This document shows positions 48,851-59,196 of a DNA stretch of 64,000 nt, one piece after another; the stretch's first letter is position 1, and every line of letters begins with the position of its first letter. Origin of the DNA: Octopus sinensis (taxonomy: Eukaryota). The notes under the pieces are model-generated. The model did not search any database and was not told the origin of the DNA. It saw only the letters and a list, made by a program, of their open reading frames with translations. The translations under genes were made by a program, and so were the position numbers. The stretch is from NCBI RefSeq assembly GCF_006345805.1, contig NC_042997.1:81406001-81470000 (forward strand). The letters run 5' to 3'.

Positions 48851-50975
48851 ATATAGAGGTAGGTATTTTTCAATATATATCAATACTGTTAATTTATTAT
48901 TGGTGATCTGTCACTCTTTTCTCAGTTTACAAAACTCTAAGTCTCATACAGGAAACAGTAAAATTTTGAGCTTATATTGAAGTCAATAAGTGTTGTCATG
49001 ATTGTAATTAAATTGTAAAATGGAGGATGTAAGATGTAAATATACTAGGTTTTTAAAGATTGATAATAGAATTTGCTGGATTGCTACCTGTAAAGTAAGA
49101 TAGCCAGTTAAGATGATGATGTCAAAGTGTAATTGGGTGAAAAAGATGCAAAGCAGATGACATATAACTGCACAGTTCTTTTGGCATCAGATCAATGACT
49201 CAGATGGCATTAAATCATTTTCTATTAATTTTTTTATTCTAAAATATATTTGAAATGAACATGTTGTAGAAAATAAAATTAGCTGGGACATTGAGCTATT
49301 TTTATTTTCAAATATTCTTCCCACCTCCCTTGTTGTTTATTTCTGGTTGTTAACTGTGACATTTGTTCCAAATATATCTTTAAAACAACTAAAGCTATGG
49401 CAGCATATTTTTTGTCAGGCTTATTTTCATAATGAATACATGCACACCTGATGAAGTCTACAGGGGTTGGACAAAATAATGGAAACATCTAGCATCATAG
49501 CATCATAATTTTGAAATATCTATAAAACCGTCAAAAGCTGGTATATATAGTTGTTCAACTTGTTAGAAATAGCTACCAAATCTACTTGAAACAGCACTTT
49601 ACCTTATTTGTTTTAAAAAGAGAGCACATTGAAAAAGTGATCCTAATTAGAGTGTAATGATGGGTGAAGACAGGAAAGTCATGACTGAAAAGCTTTCTAT
49701 CACAGGTTTGTTTGATCAGAGCTGGTTTGGGACTAAACCAAATAAATACACACATATTCACTCAAGTATTCCCATATAATGTTTTCTATTATAGCCTTTG
49801 GCCAACCAAAGACTTGTGAGTAGATTTGATTGATGGAAACTAAGAAAAGGCTGTCACTTGTGCGTGTAGTGTATAAAACAAGTTAATAGTTATTACATAT
49901 TTTTAGCTTGTTTTCTATATATCACTGTGTAAAAACCAGTTTATCTGGAGCCCATCCATGGATTTACAATACAGAATTGTGGTGAACAATAACCTTGGAT
50001 GAACCATAACTTGTCATAAGTTGCAGTTAACATCAGCAAAGCATTCAACCATGTCCAGCATGTAAATCTCCTAGCAAGATGGTCCACTTGTGGGCTCTAT
50101 CCCTCTCTTGCCTTTGGTTTGGTGGCTTCCTGTCAGATCACATTGACATAATGCATTCTCTTTCACCCACACTCAGTCACAGCTTGTGTACTCTATAATT
50201 TGGTTTTTTAGCCCTTCTTCTCGACTAAACCAATAAAAAAAATTAAAATCACAGATATTTCATTAAAAAATATGAAAATATGCTATTAATTCTCTAAATG
50301 CAAAAACTATACAAAATTCAGGAGCATAACTGAATTTAGTACATAAATAATTTGAAGCAATGTTCTAATTTATCAAAATTTACAGTTATAATAATACCAT
50401 ATAGAAACAGAAAGCTTTAGATTTAAAAAACAAAAATAGAACATAAAATTTTGTGATATTCATGTCTTGCTGCATGAGCTCTTTTGAAAATGGTTATAAA
50501 TGGGATATGAGAAATGGATTGCAGACTTGGCATTCTTTGACTAACCTAACTGTACTACCTTCACTAGTTTATTAAAAGAGTAAACAATCCATTGACAGTT
50601 TGCTGAACTATCAAGATTATCATAAGCAAATTAGTAACAGAGTCAGGCGCCTCTCTTCTCTATATATCATGTTTTCTCAAACCCATGTGGTATTGACTCT
50701 ATGTGTCAACCATAACATTATTTGCTCATTAGAATGAGAAAACTGGTGCTGTTGCAGATATTAATACTCAGCAACTAAATTAATCACGATACATTATGTA
50801 GCTTTGTATGTGTGTATATACCTATGTATGTGTATGCTTGTATTTATATATGTGCATGTAGATGTATGTGTATATATGTATACACACACACACACATACA
50901 CATACATCTATATTTATATATATATGCATGCATATATATGCATATGTATGTGTATATGTGTATGTGTGTATATAT

Positions 50976-51737
50976 ATATCAAACTAAAGTTATTGAACAA
51001 ACAAATGCAAGGTCATCCACATAGCATTTCATAATTCGAACATTTTCTTTCTTTTGGGCTATCCGAGCAATAGGAAAGCAAACAACATTGTGCTAGCCTG
51101 GTACGCGATGATGTCTATCTTTATGTATATATATATATTTTTTTCCCCTGACAAAGGAGGTATTATCTGGATGCACCCTAGTGCTTTAAACATAATACAC
51201 CCCTGAAATGGCCATAGGGATAAGTAAATATGGTTTCCTTTTTAACTATAAGGCTTCTCTTACCTGAATAATAATTTCATAAGATTTCTAAACGATGAAC
51301 TTTTATTTTATTTACATGATATATATTATATATTTTTTATATGCTCCTATATATATATATATATTTTATATATTTTTATATACCTATATATTTTTATATA
51401 TTACTTTATATTATATTTTTACTTTCTAGGTACTGTAAGGTTTTTTGTTTTGTTTTTTTAAATGTATTTTTCTGAATCGCTAAAGTATTAACTCTAAACT
51501 GTGATGAAAAAAATGCTTGTATGCTTGTACAGATGAATTATGTTCCATCTTGTGGGATGTTTATATGTATATTCTATGATTAAATGTTCGAATTATGAAA
51601 TGCTATGCGGATGACCTTGCATTTGTTTGTTCAATAACTTTAGTTTGATATTTTTGTCTCTTTTAATAGAGCACTTCTATAGCAGTCCTATTAATCTTTT
51701 TGTTCCTGACAAGAAACAATCACTGTATTATTGATAT

Positions 51738-51740
<3 letters not shown>
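50976..51740 (+). mobile_element. fold-back non-autonomous Penelope-derived element with hammerhead
   Basis: 70-bp inverted repeat (50976-51045, 51582-51651; 1 mismatch), internal hammerhead, ~90-bp tail, TA-rich microsatellites on both flanks. Confidence 0.7.
51144..51220 (+). ncRNA. type I hammerhead ribozyme (G8>A in this copy)
   Basis: Stem I UCCC/GGGA, core CUGACAA, long stem II (AGG..GUAUUAU / AUAAUAC..CCU), GAAA, palindromic stem III AUGGCCAU, cleavage triplet AUA. Confidence 0.7.
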
Positions 51741-51772
<32 letters not shown>

Positions 51773-51793
51773 TCTGTATATTTATATATATAT

Positions 51794-51957
51794 ATCACAT
51801 GATCATGTGACCGACCAAACCATCAGATGTTGTTACACATCACTGGTCACAATGTGTTCACATTGTTTTAGCCTTCGAATGATGCCACCCCGCTGGCTAA
51901 GCAAGCAGGCCAACTGAAGAAAGAGTGAGAGAAAGAGTGGTGAAGGAGTACAGCAGG
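51794..51957 (-). mobile_element. SINE family C copy lacking its tRNA head
   Basis: Near-identical to 24986-25135. Confidence 0.8.
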
Positions 51958-52209
51958 TAAAATGCATGGGACATGTTTCTATGCTCTACAGAAACTTCGA
52001 GTTTATCAAATTTCCTTGTAACTTTGATATGGAAAAAAGTGAGGAACATTCAATGCCAATAAATTGTTATTGTTCCTGATTGTACACTGTCCACATTTTG
52101 TTTTCTATACCTGCCACAGACTGCTTGTAGCTTACAAACTTCCTACACTTAGATTCCTGGATCTTACCCTTTTATATATGTGCATGTGTGTGTGTGTGTG
52201 TGTGTGTGC

Positions 52210-53900
52210 CACAGACAAAATCTGTGGTTAGTGCAAAGTCTCACCACTTGGGTGGTGTGGTGGCGGAAATGGTCATTAGAACAAAGAAACAGGCCAGAAA
52301 GGATTGGAAAAATAGGAATAGCAGAGAACTATATCAGGTAGCTAGAAGGAAAATTAGAAGACAGGTATACTTTGCCAGGGAGAAGCAGAAAAGAAGAAGT
52401 CTGCCAATGTTCTGTGGCATGAGAACCAGAGCCTTGAGGCATATCAGATTGCAAGACAGTATGTCAGAGAGAATTGTGATATTGTAGAGAGAAGTGTGTT
52501 GGCATGGATGATGGCTCACTTGCAGTTAGTGGTATTGCAAAAAAGGAAGTTTGGAAGTGCCACTATGAAATGTTGTTAAATGTAGAAAATGCATGGGATA
52601 AAGAGAGCCTGCCTAGTTTGGACCCAACAGAAGTACTAACTATCCAAATCAACAGTAGCTTAGTTGATAAAGCAATGAAGGATATGATGACAAGAAAATC
52701 CCCCAGCCCATCAGGAATCACTGCTGAGTTCTTAAAATATCTGGCAGAGTAGGATATGGCCTAGTCACCCATATAGTTAATCATGTTGTCCAATGACTAG
52801 TGTAGCAGCATTATAGCCAACAGCTACAAAAGTAAAGGTGATGCCTTAGAAAGAAATAATTATAAAGTTATCAAATTGCCTGACCAAGTGATGAAAGTTA
52901 TGGTTAGGGTCACTAGTTCAACTAATCAAGAAGAGAGTTAGCCTAGGTGAGGTGCAGTTTGGTTTTGTGCAAGGAAGAAGCACTACTGATGCTATCTTCC
53001 TGGTGCAGAAGCTGCAAGAGAAATATTTGGCTTTTGTTGATCTTATCTAGTGGGCAGTGTGAAGGTGGGGATAGATGAGTGATTGGTGAGGACTGTACCA
53101 GCCATGTACCGGAATGCTGTCAGTAAGGTGAAGGCTGGCAACAAGTATAGCAGTGAATCCAGTGTACAGGTAGGAGTTCATCAGACATTGGTTTTCAGCT
53201 CCTCTTGTTTATCATAGACCTCCAGGCCATAATAGAGGAATTTAAGATAGGCTGCCCTTGGGAGCTCCTCTATGCTGATGACCTTGTTCTTATTGCTGAA
53301 TTACTACCAGAACTAGAAAAGAAATTTCAGGTGTGGAAGCAAGGTCTGGAATCAAAAGGCCTTAGAGTTAATTTTGCAAAGACCACAGCCCTAGTAAGTA
53401 GGAAAACAGACAAATCACTAATCCCTTCAGGGAGATGGTACTGCTTGATATGTAGAAAATGTGTTGGTAGAAATCCCATATGGTGCACCCAGTGCAAGCT
53501 ATGGACACATAAGAGGTGCAGTGGTATCACAGGGAGGTTAACAGAGAAAGTAGTCTTTACATGTGGCTGATGTGCAGGTACATCAAACATCAGAATGTAC
53601 AGAAAGTAGACTCGAAGTGGTAGACAGTTTCCGTTACTTAGGTGACCAAGTTAGCAGTGGAGGAGGTAATTCTGAAAGCATAGCTGCTAATATAAGAATA
53701 GGCTGGGCAAAGTTCAGAGAGCTTTTACCTTTGTTGGTAAAAAAGGGCCTCTCCCTCAGAGTGAATGGTAGATTGTATGATGTCTGTGTAAAAACAGCTT
53801 TGCTACGTGGCAGTGAGACATAGGCTGTGACTACTGAGAACAGGTGAAGGTTTGAAAAAAATGAGGTCAGCATTCTCTCCTTGATGGGTAATGTCATGAA
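52210..53900 (+). mobile_element. decayed RTE LINE
   Basis: KSPSPSGITAE, CPWELLYADDLVLIAE, WYCLICRKCVGRNPIWCTQCKLWTHKRC and LEVVDSFRYLGD; homologous to 32374-35489. Confidence 0.88.
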
Positions 53901-53951
53901 GACTGCTTCATCAGCAGTAAGCATCCACTGACCACATTATAATAATAATAA

Positions 53952-54168
53952 TCCTTTCTACTCTGGGCTCAAGGCCTGAAATTTTGAGGATAGGAAACTA
54001 GTTAATTACATCAACTCCAGTGCTCAACTGATACTTATTTTATTGACCTTGAAAGGATGAAAGACAAAGTTGATCTCAGCAGAATTTGAACTCAGAATGT
54101 AAAGAGCCTTTCAAAATGCTGCTAAGCATTTTGTCTTATGTGCTAATGATTCTGCTAGCTTGCTGCCT
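53952..54168 (-). mobile_element. SINE family A copy
   Basis: Same motifs as 262-461. Confidence 0.75.
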
Positions 54169-54206
54169 AAATAATATTCAAATTTTGGTAGAAGGCCAGT
54201 AATTTC

Positions 54207-54481
54207 TGTGGTTGATGAAAAAGAGCACAACGGAACAAGGAAAGAGGAAACAGAAGTGCAATAAGGTCTTACCTGACAGGGGATGAAGTCGGATGGCCTT
54301 CAGCCAACTTGCTCACGTGTTGTCGTCTCGGTGCCTTGCTGGGGTCTGTCGCAACCGGTCAATGCCGCACGTGCGTTGAGTCTGTCGCTTCCGCTTCCGC
54401 CGGCGCATGCGCCCTGCAAGACCTGTAAGCATCACTTCCGCTCCCGCCCGTCCCGTCACACTCCTTCATCACCACACCACA
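54207..54481 (-). repeat. 3' LTR
   Basis: Matches 58193-58467 with 6 substitutions in 275 bp. Confidence 0.97.
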
Positions 54482-54490
54482 TGCCCCCCT
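54482..54490 (-). promoter_or_regulatory. polypurine tract
   Basis: Minus strand AGGGGGGCA lies immediately 5' of the 3' LTR. Confidence 0.85.
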
Positions 54491-54517
54491 GATCTATAAA
54501 TCACTGAACCGGCTTCC

Positions 54518-57439
54518 TCACTCGCTCCCGCACCCGAAACTGGTTTCATAATCAGCCAGCCAGGGAGGAGGGTGCCGCTCCCTCTGTGGTCGCAGCGCGA
54601 CCCTAGGACTTGTTTCTGGTGTGTTGCTGTCGACCTCGTCATCCTGTCGGTTGTTTTCGTCCTGCCCACTGTTGCTTGTCCCATCCTCTGGGGCATGGAC
54701 AATCCTCCGTATGTCCAAAACGTGGCGTGGCATACCATCGATGGAGATGTTATTCTTCGAATTTACGGAGGTTATTGTCCCCTTTCCCCATTGCGATGTA
54801 CACCGTGCGTTTGGGGGTTTTACCCAGACTTCCTCCCCGACCCGCACGAAGGCGTGCTCTTCCTCTGCCCCGGGTTGCATTGATTTAGTACATGGATGCC
54901 TCCACTCGTACCTGAATATTGCTCTGTGTGGCACCGATTCCTCAGCCTGTCCGGATCGGGGAGACAAGTTGTACCAAAAAACTGCTTCAAGCGGCGAAAT
55001 GTGCCCTCTTTCCGCTATGGCCTTGACTGTCCGATGGTGCCTCTCCACGATCCCGTTACCGCCCGGCCTATACACTGCTCTGAACAAGCGTCGCACGTTC
55101 CACCGATCAAGCATAACCCTCAATGCTTCCGAACGAAATGCCGCCCCGTTGTCCATCAGTAGTTCTTCCACGGGACCTCTCTCTAAAAATATCCCGTTCA
55201 GGATCTGCACGATCTCGTCAGCAATGCCCGATCTCAACTCCCTCCAAATGGCCAGCCGGCCCGGCCCACAGTCGACCATGGAGAGGTACATTCGCTGACG
55301 GTAGTGTGTCACATCCACAGCTAGCCTTTTCCAGTTCTGCTCCACGGAAAGGCTTCCCTGTTCATGCCCACACGGAGCAGGGTCGATGGACTGACACCTG
55401 TCGCAGCTCCCAACCACCTTCCGGACGCTTCTCCTGGTCACGTCAGCATCAATCTTTTTTGCCAGATACAGGGTCCTGTCCACACCCAGGTGATGCATAG
55501 CATGCAGTTTCTTCAGCTCAGAGTCATCCAACCGACACGCCGCAGCTATCCCTCTCCGCGCCTCCTCCGGTTCTTCCAACCACGCCCTTTTCACCCTGGT
55601 CAGTACGTCCGCCTTGTTTTTCTCCGAAGTCACGAAGACCACGTTGAGCTTCAGTCCGAATTCGGCGATCAATTCACCTAGAACTCCTAGACGGCGCTTC
55701 ACTAACATCTCCGCAGCACCTTTCGTCCGCACTCTCCTGTCACCGGTGATCACTGATCCTACCCAGCCAAGCACAGTGGCCGAATCCGTCCGCATTTCAA
55801 TCGTGCGCAGCCCCCATTTCAAGGCCAAGTTCACCCCTTTCAGCAGCGCGTCTAGTTCGGCGACATTGATGTGGTTGAAATCATCTGCTTTCCGAAGCCA
55901 GGCCGCGTCCTCCACCGCAGTGCCTTCGATTGCCAACACCACCCCTATCGCTATACTGCTAGCATCACACCAGACAGTCCCGCATTTCGTCCTGGGCACG
56001 TACCAGTTCCCCCTGACCGGGTCTTCCGCTCTTGTCCTCTCTAGGATCTTCTGCATCATCGCCACCGTCCCTTCTCCCACCTTGTCGCCCCACCTCTCTC
56101 CTTCTGCTCGTCTCTTGGTGTAACTACACGCCGTGCGCAGCCATCCAGCGATCGGGTAGTGACCGACCAACTTCCCACACATCGAGAACAGCTCTCTCCT
56201 GCTGACGCTGGAACTCAGCTGTGGGATTTCATTTCCTCTCCGGAACACCAATTCACCTGATCTATCTCTTCGCAGCTTCAGCCCCAGCGCGGCTCCCCCT
56301 TCAATCGACTCCGGTGGCTTAGCAATCAGTCCGAACTTCTCCAGATGTCTCACTACCTCGTCGGCTGGCACTACAGTTTCGTCCACCAAAATGTCGTCAA
56401 TGTAGGAGCTGGTGGCCTTTCTAATCTTGCCGTCTTTCCCTAGGACGGACCTAAGCACTGCCGCCATAATCTTCGGAGCAGAATTCAGCCCAAAACCCAG
56501 CCTGGTTAGACAGTACGTCCGGCCCTTGTACCGCACCAGCTGATATCGCCATAGTTTGTCGCTCACATGGAGCTGCAAGTATGCCGATCTCAAGTCGACA
56601 ATCGTCGCTGCCTCAGTCGACTGTCTCCACTTGCGTAATGCCTCACCACAAACGTCTGTCACCTCACCTCCCGTGTGACACGATATGTGCTGGTTTAGCT
56701 CCCTGAAGTCCAGCACCGGTCTGACTTTTCCCTTCGTAGGCTGCACCACCGCCATCAGGGGTAGCACTCCGCCTGCTACCTCCTCTTTCCAAGGGACAAG
56801 GACCCCTTCCTCGATCCACCTCTCCACCTCGTCTTCAAACTCAACCCTGGCGTGGCCTTTCAGAGTATGCTGGTAACAGCTCACCCTGTTCTCCAGTGTT
56901 GGGGGCTCGTCCTTCCATTTCCACTCTATCGTCCACCGCTGACCATCGAACGCCGCCTGAAAGTCCTTGTCCTCGATGGTGTAAGCGGCGCAGTCCCTCG
57001 TGGGGCTCTGCTCCCTCTGGTGATCCTGACTCGCAGTGCACGACGCCCCCACGCTTCCGAACGTGACCTTATTTCCCACAACGCTGACGCCACCGAGGCA
57101 GTTGATGGCGTCCATCCCCATCACCACATCAACTCCATTTATCATGCGTTCGGCCACAATTGCCTGTAGCCTTAGCGTCGCGCCGCGCACCACTATCTCT
57201 ACCATGCTGCTGCCTCTGCAATGGATTTCGCTGCCGTCGACCGCCCGGACACTACACACCCCGTTCCATTCCTTCGTCACCCTCGAAGTCACCAGGGTGG
57301 TCGTACAGCCCGTATCCACAAGGGCCTTAAACGTCTCCCCCTCGGCCTCCACGTCAATCACTGGCAGTGTCTCCAATAGCGCCTCTACTCGTTTGAGGGG
57401 AAAGTTCGAGAGGCAGCAACTTCCCCACGGTCGTTTCCC
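54518..57439 (-). CDS. pol: Pol polyprotein (aspartic protease, RT, RNase H, integrase), uninterrupted, probably expressed by -1 frameshift from gag
   Basis: LVDTGC (PR), RPVLDFRELN...YIDD (RT), WCDASS..AELDA..TDS..NKAD (RNase H), HAMHH..CDRC and VDVT..MDNG..VERHH (HHCC and DDE integrase). 976-codon open frame; no env or chromodomain. Confidence 0.95.
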   Translation of the reverse strand, partial: GKRPWGSCCLSNFPLKRVEALLETLPVIDVEAEGETFKALVDTGCTTTLVTSRVTKEWNGVCSVRAVDGSEIHCRGSSMVEIVVRGATLRLQAIVAERMINGVDVVMGMDAINCLGGVSVVGNKVTFGSVGASCTASQDHQREQSPTRDCAAYTIEDKDFQAAFDGQRWTIEWKWKDEPPTLENRVSCYQHTLKGHARVEFEDEVERWIEEGVLVPWKEEVAGGVLPLMAVVQPTKGKVRPVLDFRELNQHISCHTGGEVTDVCGEALRKWRQSTEAATIVDLRSAYLQLHVSDKLWRYQLVRYKGRTYCLTRLGFGLNSAPKIMAAVLRSVLGKDGKIRKATSSYIDDILVDETVVPADEVVRHLEKFGLIAKPPESIEGGAALGLKLRRDRSGELVFRRGNEIPQLSSSVSRRELFSMCGKLVGHYPIAGWLRTACSYTKRRAEGERWGDKVGEGTVAMMQKILERTRAEDPVRGNWYVPRTKCGTVWCDASSIAIGVVLAIEGTAVEDAAWLRKADDFNHINVAELDALLKGVNLALKWGLRTIEMRTDSATVLGWVGSVITGDRRVRTKGAAEMLVKRRLGVLGELIAEFGLKLNVVFVTSEKNKADVLTRVKRAWLEEPEEARRGIAAACRLDDSELKKLHAMHHLGVDRTLYLAKKIDADVTRRSVRKVVGSCDRCQSIDPAPCGHEQGSLSVEQNWKRLAVDVTHYRQRMYLSMVDCGPGRLAIWRELRSGIADEIVQILNGIFLERGPVEELLMDNGAAFRSEALRVMLDRWNVRRLFRAVYRPGGNGIVERHHRTVKAIAERGHISPLEAVFWYNLSPRSGQAEESVPHRAIFRYEWRHPCTKSMQPGAEEEHAFVRVGEEVWVKPPNARCTSQWGKGTITSVNSKNNISIDGMPRHVLDIRRIVHAPEDGTSNSGQDENNRQDDEVDSNTPETSPRVALRPQRERHPPPWLADYETSFGCGSE
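57381..57439 (-). promoter_or_regulatory. -1 programmed ribosomal frameshift signal (G GGA AAC + H-type pseudoknot)
   Basis: Sense RNA: GGGAAAC-GACCGU-GGGGAAGUU-GCU-GCCUCU-CG-AACUUUCCC-CUCAAACGAGU-AGAGGC. Pol is in the -1 frame relative to gag. Confidence 0.85.
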
Positions 57440-58148
57440 TGGCCGCAATCACGGGCAATGTGCCCTGTCTGCCTGCATCGATAGCAAACTGGCCCCGGCT
57501 GCGTACAGTCCCGCGCCATGTGCGGTCCCTGGCATTTAAAACATCGTCCTGAGAACGGCCGCTCTCGTTGCACGGTGGGCTTCCGTACCTCTTTCTCGGG
57601 ACGTCGTCCGTCTTTACGCGCCTCCGTCACCGCCATCGCTATCCCCTTCCGCCCCGAGTGTCTCGTCAACCCGCGAGCATGAGTTACAAGCTCACTCAAT
57701 GGCATTTTTTTGACCCCGGGCAGTCGTTGTAGGTGAATCCCTACATCATCGGGGAACCCATTTACGAATGCCAGTCGGGCTGCTCTCTCCAGTCCTTCTC
57801 CGGCAAACCCGGCCAGAGTCGCTAGCCTTCTAGCTTCCGATGCAAAATCATCCACCTGGCCTCCCGTCCACCTGATTGCGCCCAGCTTAGCGAAAGCTGT
57901 GTACTCGCATTCCGTGTATGCGTCACACAAGCGCCGCTCTATATTCCCATCGCAGAGCCGTTCTTTTTCATCCATTTCTAGGTAAAGCGACAACGCACTT
58001 CCTTCCAAATACTGGCCATAAGACTCGCCACGTCGCTTATGCCCTGCAGTCTCGCCACCAGCCTGATTTTCTGAATCCAGGCCACTACATCGCCTTCGCC
58101 GTTAAAAGGTCTGACGACGTCACTGGCGATCCTAATTTTTGCCGACAT
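57385..58148 (-). pseudogene. gag: Gag with two zinc knuckles, one 1-nt frameshift near 58012
   Basis: ATG at 58148 (MSAKIRIASDVVRPFNGEGDVVAW..), continuing after one frameshift as YLEGSALSLYLEM..; CFKCQGPHMARDC and CYRCRQTGHIARDC. About 254 aa if repaired. Confidence 0.9.
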
Positions 58149-58180
58149 CGTGTTGAAAAAAATGTGAACGCTGACTAATT

Positions 58181-58192
58181 GCCGAAATAGCT
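58181..58192 (-). promoter_or_regulatory. non-canonical primer-binding site complementary to tRNA-Phe(GAA) nt 1-12
   Basis: Sense AGCTATTTCGGC directly follows the 5' LTR. Its complement GCCGAAATAGCT is the conserved 5' end of animal tRNA-Phe. Confidence 0.8.
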
Positions 58193-58467
58193 TGTGGTTG
58201 ATGAAAAGGAGCACAACGGAACAAGGAAAGAGGAAACAGAAGTGCAATAAGGTCTTACCTGACAGGGGATGAAGTCGGATGGCCTTCAGCCAACTTGCTC
58301 GCGTGTTGTCGTCTCGGTGCCTTGCTGGGGTCTGTTGCAACCGGTCGATGCCGCACGTGCGTTGAGTCTGTCGCTTCCGCTTCCGCCGGCGCATGCGCCC
58401 TGCAAGACCTGTAAGCATCACTTCCACTCCCGCCCGTCCCGTCACACTCCTTCATCACCGCACCACA
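58193..58467 (-). repeat. 5' LTR
   Basis: See 3' LTR. Confidence 0.97.
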
Positions 58468-58792
58468 ATTTCAGAGACTAGGGTAAGTCGATTACATCGA
58501 TTACATCAACCAGTGCTCACCCCGAAAGGATGAAAGGCAAAATAGATCTCAACAGTATTTGAACTCAGAATGTAAAGATGAATGAAATACCACTAAGCAA
58601 TTTGCCCGGTATACTAACAATTCTGCCAGCTTACTGCCTTCATGGTAATAATAATAATAATTCTTTCAAGTATAGGCACAAGGCCAGAAATTTGTGGGGA
58701 GTGGGTAGTTGATTACATCAACCCCAGTATTTCAGTAGTACTTATTTCATCGATCCCGAATGCATGAAAGGCAAAGTCAACCTCAGAGGAAT

Positions 58793-58793
<1 letters not shown>
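58468..58793 (-). mobile_element. SINE family A: remainder of the copy split by the Gypsy element (to 58640) plus a second partial copy (58661-58793)
   Basis: GATTACATC...CCCGAAAGGATGAAAGGCAA...TTTGAACTCAGAATG...CTGCCAGC...GCCTT continues the sequence at 54178-54206. Confidence 0.8.

Positions 58794-58854
<61 letters not shown>
58794..58854. repeat. (AAT)n microsatellite
   Basis: Seen directly. Confidence 0.95.
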
Positions 58855-58855
<1 letters not shown>

Positions 58856-59196
58856 GAAGAGGTGTTGGGAAAATAAAAATACTTTGCTCAATTTGTTCCA
58901 TTTCTTTATGTTCTTCGGATCAAATCTGACTGAAGTTCACTTTACCTTTTATCCTTTTAGGGGTTTGATAAAATAAAATAAAATATTCTAATTGTAAAAT
59001 TTCCCTCAACGAAAATTAAAATAGCCTCCCAAATTAAAATAAACTGTGGAATTTTAATTATAAATTTGTGCCAAATCAATTTTTAAACCCCAAGTTTAAA
59101 AATGGCAAACAACAACTTCATAGTATGCTTGAGACAGAATTACAAAGCAAATAAAGAGTAAGAGAAAGTGTAAAAAAAAAAGAGAGAGGAGAAAGA

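Larger units (their letters stand above)
54207..58467 (-). mobile_element. Gypsy/Ty3-type LTR retrotransposon, near intact (4261 bp)
   Basis: 275-bp LTRs with TGTGGT...ACCACA ends, 5-bp TSD ATTTC (54202-54206, 58468-58472), PPT, gag, and pol in PR-RT-RH-IN order. Inserted into a family A SINE (54178-54206 + 58468-58640). Confidence 0.97.

Noticed and set aside
54572-57539. Multiple plus-strand ORFs (up to 225 aa) opposite pol
   Set aside because: Antisense shadows of a GC-rich coding sequence with no recognisable motifs.
58170-58320. Tf1-like self-priming of the Gypsy element
   Set aside because: The best LTR segment I found (sense GCAAGUUGGCU) pairs with the PBS only with wobbles and mismatches, far worse than the 12/12 tRNA-Phe match.
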